From positions 1 to 60,034 of the forward strand of contig DASUSJ010000296.1 of the NCBI GenBank assembly GCA_036375155.1: DNA of 60,034 nt. Direction: 5' to 3'. Position numbers and translations under genes: made by a program. The stretch is from Pyrinomonadaceae bacterium. Its GTDB lineage: Bacteria > Acidobacteriota > Blastocatellia > Pyrinomonadales > Pyrinomonadaceae. A model generated the notes under the pieces. The model had not been told where the DNA came from, ran no database searches, and saw only the letters and a program-made list of their open reading frames with translations. This document shows positions 1 through 8,227 of the stretch, piece by piece. Numbering within the stretch: the first letter of the stretch is position 1; each line of letters begins with the position of its first letter.

Positions 1-207
1 GCTCCCTCCATTGCCATAGAATGTTTTGTCGCCGAGCTTGAGGTCACTCACTCCCATTCCATTCTTCATTTGATTGACGTTCTCCTGCGAAATGAGCTTC
101 CCGTCAAAGAGCGCCTGAATGAAACGGACATGGATCCCGAAGGTGACACGTACTGCCCTGCAGAACCGCGCCTTGATTGCCGGTCTGATGCTGACCACCG
201 AAGCCAT
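1..207 (-). pseudogene. Possible truncated and frameshifted beta-lactamase-fold serine hydrolase remnant, running off the left edge
   Basis: One minus-strand frame is open to the window edge and reads VRFIQALFDGKLISQENVNQMKNGMGVSDLKLGDKTFYGNGGS. The neighbouring frame just upstream reads GSAGQYVSPSGSMSV. Joined, they resemble the AGGxxST..D..RF..AL..GKLLS...YGxGG region of class-C-like serine hydrolases, which implies a 1-nt shift near 118-135. Only about 60 codons lie between this and the upstream gene's stop at 298, so an SxxK N-terminal half cannot be present. Confidence 0.3.
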
Positions 208-297
208 GATCGCCAACGTCCACCCGAAAGACGAAGGGCAGGCATGGGAATCCGAACGTAAGGAGTTGTACTCGACTCCTGCATACGCTCCGTTTTC

Positions 298-747
298 TTA
301 CCTTCCAAAGATCTTCTTCAAGATTCCCTTCTTCGGTGGCGGTTCACTCTTCAACACAAAATACTGGTACTTGTTCCAAATGTTATCTGCAGGCCCGTCG
401 AAAATTCTCTTTTGGCACCAAGCGACAGGAAAAACTACCTCATTATCATCCAGATAAAGTGGAAAAGAAGCCTCGCCCATTCTTGGATGGTCGACTTCCC
501 AGCGGACAGACCCTTGCATATTCAGTTCTACGACCCTAACGATGTAAGAGGCGAACGCGAACGCTTCACCCTGTAAACCGTTCTCAGAGCCCGATCTGAT
601 GTAGCCATCGTGCGCGGCGGCCAGAATTGCTTCGACGTGTCGAATCGATTCATGCGAGTAGTCTAGTTTGATCCGACCTGAGGCCCTCGCCATTTCTTCG
701 GCCAGCCCACACATCTTCTCTTTTAGTTTGTCGAGTTCGTCTGACAT
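298..747 (-). CDS. Hypothetical cytoplasmic protein (149 aa)
   Basis: ATG-to-TAA ORF with coding-like composition and no signal peptide. I recognise no motif. Confidence 0.55.
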   Translation of the reverse strand: MSDELDKLKEKMCGLAEEMARASGRIKLDYSHESIRHVEAILAAAHDGYIRSGSENGLQGEAFAFASYIVRVVELNMQGSVRWEVDHPRMGEASFPLYLDDNEVVFPVAWCQKRIFDGPADNIWNKYQYFVLKSEPPPKKGILKKIFGR

Positions 748-843
748 GCGAAACAGAATACTTCACACGGGATGGGACCGCTCAATACCAATTCCTCTGA
801 ACGACGGGCTTGGAATGGTTTGGTCTGCTGCTATCTATACGCT

Positions 844-1602
844 TCAATTTCTTTTTGGTGAAGCATAGCTCAGCACCATCTTTAAGAAATCATTAATGTC
901 CGACTGCGAGTTTACTGAAGCTGTGAAATTCGCGGCGGCTTTCTCGAACGTCGCCACAATCCGCTTTTCCTTGGTTAGCATAATCAGTACCGCATCATCA
1001 CCGACCTTTTCAGTCTTCGTCCATTCAACTTTGTCGGAACCGACGTAGCGTTTCGCAAAGTTGCCGGCAAGTTTCCCGATGTCGTAGTAGATCTCCATGC
1101 CGCCATGCTTTCTGATGTAACCGGTAGCCGTATCGATCCCGCAGCCCGGTGTGTGTGAATAACCTGGCAATAGATTGATGTTTCCAGGCGGAGGTTTGAC
1201 GTCGTCGGTCAACGTAATCGAGAAATAAACTACATCTTTCTTGAACCTCACCATCTGGGTCGTTGCCCTTCTCCACTCTTCTCGGATCAGTCGGCACTTA
1301 CCGAATGGCGGACATGATACTTCGAGCTGCGACAAATTCCGCGCACGGTGGCAGAGCCGACCTGGCGCGAGTTGTCCCATCATCCTCCACGCTTCCTCGT
1401 TGGTCAGCAGTTCTTTTGGATCAGCCGGAATAATTCGTAGCGTCTTCACTCGGCCGCTTTCGAAGAACGTCGCCTGCACAGCCATGTTCGACTTGATCCG
1501 ATAGCGATCGCCTTCCGGTTGGCCGAATTTATTTTCCAGCTCGGCACGGGTCTGCGCCGTGAATGGTAATGCGAGAAGAAGAACGATAAGGAGTGTCTTC
1601 AT
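844..1602 (-). CDS. Secreted hypothetical protein (252 aa)
   Basis: The N-terminal signal peptide is MKTLLIVLLLALPFTAQT. It is the longest ORF at this locus, and the overlapping ORFs are shorter and low-complexity. Confidence 0.7.
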   Translation of the reverse strand: MKTLLIVLLLALPFTAQTRAELENKFGQPEGDRYRIKSNMAVQATFFESGRVKTLRIIPADPKELLTNEEAWRMMGQLAPGRLCHRARNLSQLEVSCPPFGKCRLIREEWRRATTQMVRFKKDVVYFSITLTDDVKPPPGNINLLPGYSHTPGCGIDTATGYIRKHGGMEIYYDIGKLAGNFAKRYVGSDKVEWTKTEKVGDDAVLIMLTKEKRIVATFEKAAANFTASVNSQSDINDFLKMVLSYASPKRN

Positions 1603-1814
1603 CGGAAAGTACGGTCATCCTAACACGGGATCATCTTGGGCGCGGCCGATTTCCGAACGTTTTATCCCTATCCCCTTCTTCCCTGTTCAACTTTTTCTGT
1701 ATCCGCCTCATTCGCTAAATCTGGCGCCGATCTTTTCGGAAACTCTTATTACCCGCCGCGCGTACATTGTTCTGATCCAAAAAAAGTAAGCCGCAACGAA
1801 GGAGCATGTTTCTT

Positions 1815-2789
1815 ATGAAAGCCATGGTCTACCGGAAATACGGGGCGCCGCTCGATGTGCTTAAGCTCGAAGAGATCGAGAAACCTGTTCCGAAGGACGA
1901 CGACGTCCTGATCCGGGTTCACGCGGCTTCGGTGAATCCGCTTGACTCGCATGTCATGACGACGAATATCGCGCGGGTGATGGGGGGCGGGTTGTTCGCG
2001 CCTAAGAATCCTGTTCCGGGTGTGGATGTATCGGGCGTGATCGAAGCTGTCGGCTCGAGCGTAACGCGATTCAAGGCGGGAGATGCGGCTTTCGGAAGTT
2101 GCGAGGGGGCGTTTGCCGAGTTTGCGTGTGCGAAGGAATCGAAGCTCGCCGCAAAACCCGTTGGCGTCTCGCATGAGCAGGCGGCGGCCATACCGGTCGC
2201 GGGTCTGACCGCGCTGCAGGCATTGCGCGACAGGGGAAAGGTTACGGCGGGGACGAAGGTTGTGATCACCGGGGCGGCCGGCGGTGTGGGAACGTTTGCC
2301 GTACAGATCGCGAAAGTGCTTGGAGCGGATGTTACCGCGGTGTGTAGCGGTGAGTCTGCGGAACTCGTCCTCGGTCTTGGTGCCCACCGCGTGATCGATT
2401 ACACAAAAGAAAATTTTACGCACAGCGGCTATCGCCACGACGTCATTTTCGATCTTGCGGGAGGTAACTCGTTAGCCGATTACCGACGCGCTCTGACGCC
2501 AAAGGGAATCTATATAGCCGCCGGCGTTCTCGGTCGTGGTCCTGCCGGGGTTGTCGCATTCGCAAGTTTGCTGAAACCGATGCTGGCCGCGCCCTTTACA
2601 AGTCAGAAGCTCGGGGCGTTCATAGCGAAACTTGAACCCGCTGACCTCGCGTACCTGGCCGAGCTCATCGAGTCGGGAAAGATCACGGCGGTCATCGATC
2701 GACGTTACCCGTTAGTACAGGCGGCAACCGCCGTCCAGTACGTCAGAGAAAAGCGTGCGCACGGGAAGGTGATAATAACCGTTGCATGA
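1815..2789 (+). CDS. Zinc-type alcohol dehydrogenase-like / NAD(P)H quinone oxidoreductase (MDR superfamily)
   Basis: MKAMVYRKYG...LIRVHAASVNPLD is followed by the Rossmann motif VVITGAAGGVGTFAVQIAK. AGGAG lies at 1799-1803. An alternative ATG at 1806 would add 3 aa. Confidence 0.9.
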   Translation: MKAMVYRKYGAPLDVLKLEEIEKPVPKDDDVLIRVHAASVNPLDSHVMTTNIARVMGGGLFAPKNPVPGVDVSGVIEAVGSSVTRFKAGDAAFGSCEGAFAEFACAKESKLAAKPVGVSHEQAAAIPVAGLTALQALRDRGKVTAGTKVVITGAAGGVGTFAVQIAKVLGADVTAVCSGESAELVLGLGAHRVIDYTKENFTHSGYRHDVIFDLAGGNSLADYRRALTPKGIYIAAGVLGRGPAGVVAFASLLKPMLAAPFTSQKLGAFIAKLEPADLAYLAELIESGKITAVIDRRYPLVQAATAVQYVREKRAHGKVIITVA

Positions 2790-2793
2790 CTTG

Positions 2794-2828
2794 CGATTTT
2801 GGATTTTGGATTTTGGATCTTGGATTGG
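2794..2828 (+). repeat. G/T-rich heptamer array, (GGATTTT)n, about 5 units
   Basis: cgattttggattttggattttggatcttggattgg begins 5 nt after the stop codon of the dehydrogenase gene. Confidence 0.9.
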
Positions 2829-2861
2829 CCTTGAGACAAGTGAATTGGATTTGTCCGACGC

Positions 2862-2900
2862 TTTTTTAACGCGGATTTTTGACGAATCAGGCGGATACGA
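2862..2900 (+). repeat. T-run plus GCGGAT module
   Basis: The sequence is ttttttaacgcggatttttgacgaatcaggcggatacga. The same module recurs at 10625, 16861 and 20395. Confidence 0.8.
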
Positions 2901-2902
2901 GT

Positions 2903-3013
2903 TTTCTTTTTCGTGTTGTTTCGTGTGGTTCGTGTGATTCGTGGTTATGTCTTAGAAAACCGAACCACGAATCAACATGCACCATACGAAACACGAAAGA
3001 CAACATGAAAAAG
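2903..3013. repeat. Long imperfect hairpin built from TTCGTG-type nonamers
   Basis: The left arm is ttttcgtgttgtttcgtgtggttcgtgtgattcgtggtt. The right arm is aaccacgaatcaacatgcaccatacgaaacacgaaagacaac. It is one of about 11 copies in the window. Confidence 0.85.
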
Positions 3014-3049
3014 ATTTCCAGAGCATAGCCGTTCACAACTTTAATGCTA

Positions 3050-3175
3050 GCCCGCGCCGACTACAACATTCGCAAGTCCGGAAGCGCCACTTGTGGCCGC
3101 AACTTCAACGCTAACTCGCGGCGCCCACAACATTCGCAGGTTTGGGAACAAGCCACTTGTGGCCGTCCGCGGGGA
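3050..3175 (+). repeat. Two tandem units of about 64 bp carrying ACAACATTCGCA and the palindrome GCCACTTGTGGC
   Basis: acaacattcgcaag (3063) and acaacattcgcagg (3127) match. gccacttgtggccg occurs at 3086 and 3152. The first motif also forms the hairpin at 21794-21846. Confidence 0.75.
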
Positions 3176-3250
3176 CAAGTCAAGTGGGGTTCGGAATCGA
3201 CAACACGGATGCTATATATTATGAGCCTGATTCCGCTTTCCGGAGGTAAT

Positions 3251-4192
3251 ATGACTAGGTCTATTTCCGCACGCCGCTTACTAACGATCATCTCGCTCTC
3301 ATTTCTTGCCTCGTCCGCATTCGCCCAGTCGATGTTCGAGAAGATCAACGACTTTGACGGCGACGGCAAGGCCGACTTCGCGGTCACGCGTTCCGAGGGT
3401 AATCAGAAGATCTGGTACTTATGGCAGACGACGGAAGGCTTCCGGGTCGTGCACTGGGGTATCAATCATGACAACACGGTCGCCGGCGATTACGACGGCG
3501 ACGGTCGAACCGACCTTGCCATCGCGCGACTGGTCCAGACTTTTCCAGTCAAGCTCGATTACTACATCCTCTCGAGTCAGACAGGCTCGCTTATATTCAA
3601 CTCGGTTACGAGCTCGGGTGGACCACAGTGGTTTCAGTTTCCGCAGGATTACGACGGTGACGGGAAGACCGATGCCGGGGTGTTAGACGGTGAGACGAGA
3701 CGCATTACGCACAGGAGTAGCGCCACCGGCGCGACGACGACGTTGTTGTACGGATCTGGCGACGGTGCTGTCCGGATCGGCGATATGGATGGCGACGTGA
3801 ATTGTGAGGTCGTAAGCTTCACGATTGCGACGAGCACCGTCGCAATTCGCAATCCTGCAACCTCCAAAACACGCGTATTTCACTTCGGGATCTTCAACGA
3901 CAGATTCGTACCGGCTGATTTTGACGGCGATGGTAAGGGCGACCTGACGATCTTTCGGCCGTCGACTGGCGACTGGTGGTGGATCAGAAGCTCGGACAAC
4001 GTTGTGGCCGTTGTTCACTGGGGTACTAATGGTGACATCGCCGTGCCCGCCGACTATGACGGCGACGGTAAGACGGACCAGGCGGTCTACCGACGAAACT
4101 CACCGAACGGGATCTACTACGTGAACGGCAGTCAGACCGGCTTCCAGGCATTTGTCTGGGGTCTGCCAGACGATCTACCTGTCTTGTATTAG
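3251..4192 (+). CDS. Secreted FG-GAP/VCBS repeat protein
   Basis: ATG at 3251 follows GGAGGT (3242-3247). The signal peptide is MTRSISARRLLTIISLSFLASSAFA. Ca-binding-type repeats recur: DFDGDGKADFAV, GDYDGDGRTDLAI, DYDGDGKTDAGV, DFDGDGKGDLTIFRP and DYDGDGKTDQAVYR. The upstream part of the 3044 ORF is translated repeat DNA. Confidence 0.85.
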   Translation: MTRSISARRLLTIISLSFLASSAFAQSMFEKINDFDGDGKADFAVTRSEGNQKIWYLWQTTEGFRVVHWGINHDNTVAGDYDGDGRTDLAIARLVQTFPVKLDYYILSSQTGSLIFNSVTSSGGPQWFQFPQDYDGDGKTDAGVLDGETRRITHRSSATGATTTLLYGSGDGAVRIGDMDGDVNCEVVSFTIATSTVAIRNPATSKTRVFHFGIFNDRFVPADFDGDGKGDLTIFRPSTGDWWWIRSSDNVVAVVHWGTNGDIAVPADYDGDGKTDQAVYRRNSPNGIYYVNGSQTGFQAFVWGLPDDLPVLY

Positions 4193-4365
4193 GGTTTTGG
4201 GACACGATTGAGAAGTTGAGAAATAAAGGTACTGAATGGCGTTGTCGCGTCGAGCTGATGGACTAGAGCATTTTCATGACAGCGACCGCCCCCTTTACCA
4301 TTTTCGGGCGTTTTGGCCTACGAATCTCGCGCGAGTTGATGTTAACGAAGAACTTGAAACCAGCC

Positions 4366-4452
4366 TGCCTCGTGTGTTTCGTCGTTCCTCTTGTTTTTTG
4401 AAAAAATCGAACCCCGAAATACATGAATCACCTAAGTCACACGAACGAGGCC
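4366..4452. repeat. TTCGTG-family hairpin, short copy
   Basis: gcctcgtgtgtttcgtcgttcc ... cacctaagtcacacgaacgaggc. Confidence 0.65.
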
Positions 4453-4638
4453 TTGCATTATAACGAGGCGCTCTGGTCCTTCTTTTCTGCCTCGGATCTC
4501 ATCCCCCAGCATCGATCTCCAGGATAATCCAGCGGTCAATGATAGGTTCTCCGCTTTTCACACGCATTAACTGTTGGCCACAAGAATAAAAGTCGACGCT
4601 GCATGATCACACATTCGATACAAGTTGGAGGAGAGTCT

Positions 4639-5244
4639 ATGAATGCAATCACTATAAGGTTCCTGGCGATGACCGCCACCTTCGCTGTCTTATTTACTTT
4701 TTCGGTACCAGCGCAGGCCGCACTATACGCAACCCCGAGTTCCGCATACACCCGTCTTCAGACCGACGATGACGACGACAGTCTTTCCGGTGGTGCACTT
4801 GCGGTCCTGCTGCTCGCGGTCGGCGGAGCAGTTGCGGGTGATCTCTACGGTCCGGGCTCGATCCGCACACGAAGCAGGCTCTCGTTCAACCGGGTGTCCG
4901 CAAGTACGGCGACCGTTTCCGTTGATCGGAAAAGGTTCGGAAGACGGAAGACCATCGGCTGGACGAGCGTTCTCGACGGGCGGTCGGGAACGATCAAGTT
5001 GAGTGGGAACGGGAGACAGTGGACGGGAAAAACGGACGGCAGATTCTACGCCATTAAGGGTGATCCAACTGCTGACGAACTCTCCGTCACAAGTGTCAAC
5101 GACCGAAGCCTCGAGTTCAGGACAAGGAAAGCTGGTCGTGTCGGATACGGCGGTACGATCACTATTTCAGATAACGGCCGGTCGGTTACGATGCACACTG
5201 CGGGAATACGAGGTAGCGGGCAAGTAGTTTTCTCGGCACGATAG
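4639..5244 (+). CDS. Secreted hypothetical protein (201 aa)
   Basis: ATG at 4639 follows GGAGGAG (4627-4633). The signal peptide is MNAITIRFLAMTATFAVLFTFSVPAQA, followed by an acidic DDDDD patch. Confidence 0.65.
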   Translation: MNAITIRFLAMTATFAVLFTFSVPAQAALYATPSSAYTRLQTDDDDDSLSGGALAVLLLAVGGAVAGDLYGPGSIRTRSRLSFNRVSASTATVSVDRKRFGRRKTIGWTSVLDGRSGTIKLSGNGRQWTGKTDGRFYAIKGDPTADELSVTSVNDRSLEFRTRKAGRVGYGGTITISDNGRSVTMHTAGIRGSGQVVFSAR

Positions 5245-5280
5245 CCGCGAACTGCCTGGGGTGATCGGATTGAGTGATGC

Positions 5281-5404
5281 CCGTGAATTACGCGAATGGA
5301 CGCGGAAAGGAAGACTACTGAATTCTTATTCGCCCTATCAGCGTTATTCGCGGGCAAATCTTTTTCGCGTCCTTTCGCGCTTTTCGCGGGCAATATCACC
5401 ACGA
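5281..5404. repeat. Hairpin of the CGCGAA variant of the nonamer family
   Basis: cgtgaattacgcgaatggacgcggaaagg ... cgcgtcctttcgcgcttttcgcgggcaatatcaccacg. Confidence 0.6.
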
Positions 5405-5492
5405 TGTAACCGCGACATTTCTACAGGGATGAAGGTGACGGAGGGGCATAACAGAGAATTATCCGCTTCGCACCTTTATGCTGTTAAGAAAA

Positions 5493-6452
5493 CTACTTCG
5501 CGTGCGCGCCTACGTAGGTTTCCTTTATCCTCACAACGCGCTTGTCTAAAGTATCGGTCACGCCGATTCGTAGTTTGCGTTCCTTGCCATCGCGAGTTTG
5601 GTTGGTCGGGGTGTAGGTGAGAACGAACTGCGACCACAACTCAGCCGTCAGATCTTTCAACGTTTCGGCGAGTGGGAGTTTTGCGTTATCTCCCTTGCGT
5701 GGAAAATATGCAGAGCCGCCGGAAGCTAGCGCCGAGTCATGAGGAAATCGCTCGATCTGCTTAATCATAGACTCCACTCGAGCATAGGGAACTCTGCTCT
5801 GGTAGCGATCGAACTGCTCCGTCAACATCACGGTAAAAAGCGGGACGTTTGTCTTCTTCAATTCATCAAGGAGCTCTTCCCTCTTGTGAAGACTTCCGCC
5901 TTCCATGCAATCGCTTATCAAAACGACGGCGAAGCGTTTTTCGTCACCAGGCGTCTGTGCGGCTTTTATCTGATCGAGCGCTGTCCATACGCCGTCATAG
6001 ATCGGTGAATTGCCGCCTGCGCGCGGCGCCGCGTCGAATAATTTCAAGAGCACGGGCTTATCGGAGGTCCATTCGTTCACCACTCCAATGCTAGGAAATC
6101 TGACAATCTGCACCTGTGCGTTGGGTTCGAGATTTTGAACTATGAACTTTCCAACGACCGCCACGTTCGCCTTTTCCGATATCATCGAGCCCGAATCATC
6201 GATGACGATTACAAGGTGGAGCAGTCCCGCAATGGGTGACAGAGCCGTGATCTTTTGTTCAGAACCATCTTCCAAGAGTTTCAGGTCTTCGATATTTTGA
6301 TCGCTGAACCTGACCCCGGTCATGTCGGTGATAAGGACATTCTTCCTGACTTGAAATGCTTCTCTGCTTTTAGGATCGATCGCCTGCGCATTCGTCGAGG
6401 CGCTATTCAACGCGACCAGGCAGGCCGATAACACGACAGCCATCAATTTCAT
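5493..6452 (-). CDS. Secreted VWA domain protein (acidobacterial VWFA-related type)
   Basis: ATG at 6452 follows GGAGGT (reverse complement of 6460-6465). The signal peptide is MKLMAVVLSACLVALNSASTNAQA. VIVIDDSGSM is a MIDAS-type motif. The C-terminus (KLRIGVTD...VRIKETY) matches the paralogs at 55901 and 57217. The 6453-6779 extension of the ORF is discarded. Confidence 0.85.
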   Translation of the reverse strand: MKLMAVVLSACLVALNSASTNAQAIDPKSREAFQVRKNVLITDMTGVRFSDQNIEDLKLLEDGSEQKITALSPIAGLLHLVIVIDDSGSMISEKANVAVVGKFIVQNLEPNAQVQIVRFPSIGVVNEWTSDKPVLLKLFDAAPRAGGNSPIYDGVWTALDQIKAAQTPGDEKRFAVVLISDCMEGGSLHKREELLDELKKTNVPLFTVMLTEQFDRYQSRVPYARVESMIKQIERFPHDSALASGGSAYFPRKGDNAKLPLAETLKDLTAELWSQFVLTYTPTNQTRDGKERKLRIGVTDTLDKRVVRIKETYVGAHAK

Positions 6453-6585
6453 ATGAATTACCTCCAGCTTTGTACGATACCCGAAACAACGGGATGGTTT
6501 GCTCGCCCCGGACACCCATTCTAAACTGTGATTCCGGCAGTACCTCAGGCAACCAGGAGCCCGACTAACGCATTCTCTTTTTCGT

Positions 6586-7956
6586 ATGTATCGAGCCCCA
6601 TTAATCAGCAGAATCAAGTTCGGAGTCCTCGGGATCGTATTCTGCCTCGCGACCGCGGCAGCAGCCTTCGCATGTTCGTGTAGAGAGAAGCAACCCGTCT
6701 GTGCGGCGTACGGGGATGCAAAGGCGGTGTTCGTCGGCAAAGTTGTCGATGGAGAACGAGGCGAGAGGATGTCGGACATGTTTAAGGCCGGGACTAAGGA
6801 TCAGACATTCAAATTCGCGGTGAGTCGCGCTGTGCTCGGCGTACAAGCCGGAGAGGCTGTCGACGTACACACCGGCTTCGGATTCGGCGACTGCGGCTTC
6901 CCTTTCGAGAAGGGTGAAGAATACATCGTCTATGCCTACGAGCACGAAGGTCAATTGACAACCTCAGTTTGCACTCGAACTGCTCTCATTTCCAGCGGTG
7001 TCGGTGACCTCTCGGAACTTCAGCAGGTCCTTCAGAACAGCGGCGCCACAGTTTCCGGCGCCGTCACTCGGTACGAGCAAAGCTCACTCCTGGGCGAGCC
7101 TCGCCTGCCATATGCGAATCGCGTGATTCGACTTATTCGTTCGGGTGATTCGAAAATCTTCGAGACGCGGACCGATGCGACGGGTAAATATATATTCGCA
7201 AAGCTGCCCGAAGGACTTTACTTGCTCGACAACAAACTCGAAACCGGGTGGTCGTTCGACTTTTACCACGAGAAGGAATTCCGGTTGAACGCGCACGGGT
7301 GTGCGATCAAGAATCTATCGATCGAGAACGACATGCGGGCTAAGGTAACCGTGCTTGATCCCGACGGCCGGCCGGTCACCAATCGGTGGGTGGAGTTCGT
7401 GCCCGTCGGAATTGCTTGGAGCACGAACTCGCTTCCTGACGAGTTCGGTGTGACGAATCCACAGGGCCAGCTCTACACTTTCGACATTCCACCGGGCAGG
7501 TACACAGTCTCGGTGAACTTCTTCCACGCTCCCGAAAAAGCCGCTCCGTTTCCGGCGGTATTCGCGCCCGGCGTTCTCGATAGAACCGCAGCTCAAGTCA
7601 TCGAGATCAAGCCCGGAAGCCAGATCCCGGATCTATATATTCGAATTCCGCGTCGTCTCGAAGCGGCCGCGGTCTCGGGCACGGTGTTTTGGCCTGACGG
7701 AACGCCTGCGGCAGGAGTAAGTGTCGGGCTGACGGACGTTGTCGCGAACAACATATGCGTCAGTGGTTGTGTCCAAACGGATGCTAACGGGAAATTTCAG
7801 GTCGACGGCTATGCTGGTCGCGAGTATAAGGTGTGGGTTCGCGGCAGTAAGGGCGTCGACGAGAATGAGATCGTGTTCCGGGTCGAAACAAAAACTTTCA
7901 CCGTAACCCGCGATCTTGCGCCATTCCGGGTGACGCTTCGCAGGACGACACAGTAG
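6586..7956 (+). CDS. Secreted protein with an N-terminal TIMP/NTR-like module and three carboxypeptidase-regulatory-like beta-sandwich domains
   Basis: The signal peptide ends AAAFA, immediately before CSCREKQPVCAAYGDAKAVFVGKVV. Further on is VHTGFGFGDCGFPFEKGEEYIVYA...LTTSVC. There are three units of the type TDATGKYIFAKLPEGLYLL, TNPQGQLYTFDIPPGRYTVSV and TDANGKFQVDGYAGREYKVWV. Confidence 0.8.
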   Translation: MYRAPLISRIKFGVLGIVFCLATAAAAFACSCREKQPVCAAYGDAKAVFVGKVVDGERGERMSDMFKAGTKDQTFKFAVSRAVLGVQAGEAVDVHTGFGFGDCGFPFEKGEEYIVYAYEHEGQLTTSVCTRTALISSGVGDLSELQQVLQNSGATVSGAVTRYEQSSLLGEPRLPYANRVIRLIRSGDSKIFETRTDATGKYIFAKLPEGLYLLDNKLETGWSFDFYHEKEFRLNAHGCAIKNLSIENDMRAKVTVLDPDGRPVTNRWVEFVPVGIAWSTNSLPDEFGVTNPQGQLYTFDIPPGRYTVSVNFFHAPEKAAPFPAVFAPGVLDRTAAQVIEIKPGSQIPDLYIRIPRRLEAAAVSGTVFWPDGTPAAGVSVGLTDVVANNICVSGCVQTDANGKFQVDGYAGREYKVWVRGSKGVDENEIVFRVETKTFTVTRDLAPFRVTLRRTTQ

Positions 7957-7999
7957 AGCAAACCACTGCGATCTCGGGAAAATTATTTATCAGGTCTCT

Positions 8000-8221
8000 T
8001 TACCGGTCATCCGCTTGAGAAGGCGAACAAGAAATCGTTATTTTTCCCCTGGTAAATACTGTTTCCCTTCCGCCCTGTTTTAAAATCATTTGATTCTTTG
8101 CCGCGTCGAATTCCAGCACAATTCCAATCCTTTCGGATTTGAATTTGTCTGCGGCGGTCGCTTCGAGCGGGAAAGTGGAGTACCACAATCGCTCATTTCG
8201 CGGCCAAAAATCTATTCGCAA
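8000..8221 (-). CDS. Small ORF resembling a second copy of the C-terminal (DUF3471-like) domain of the upstream hydrolase. It may be a remnant.
   Basis: It starts 6 nt after the stop of the 8228-9682 gene. LEATAADKFKSERIGIVLEFDAAKNQMILKQGGRETVFTR parallels VFAESETKFFLKDRTWGLEFTPKSGAQPAQLKIVQGKDAFLSKR. Confidence 0.35.
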   Translation of the reverse strand: MRIDFWPRNERLWYSTFPLEATAADKFKSERIGIVLEFDAAKNQMILKQGGRETVFTRGKITISCSPSQADDR

Positions 8222-8227
8222 TCCTAC

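Noticed and set aside
2903-3013. CRISPR array hypothesis for the nonamer and heptamer repeat clusters
   Set aside because: The repeat units are 7-9 nt and directly abutting, with no spacers of 25-40 nt. The arms are inverted rather than direct, and no cas genes are present.
3044-3250. N-terminal extensions of ORF calls: 3044 for the FG-GAP gene, 6453-6779 for the VWA gene, 29728-29868, 32176-32289, 32711-32779, 38660-38740 and 41805-41900
   Set aside because: In each case an internal ATG is preceded by a GGAGG-type RBS (the 41804 ATG is the exception). In most cases that ATG is followed by a signal peptide. The extensions run through repeat DNA or overlap the neighbouring gene.
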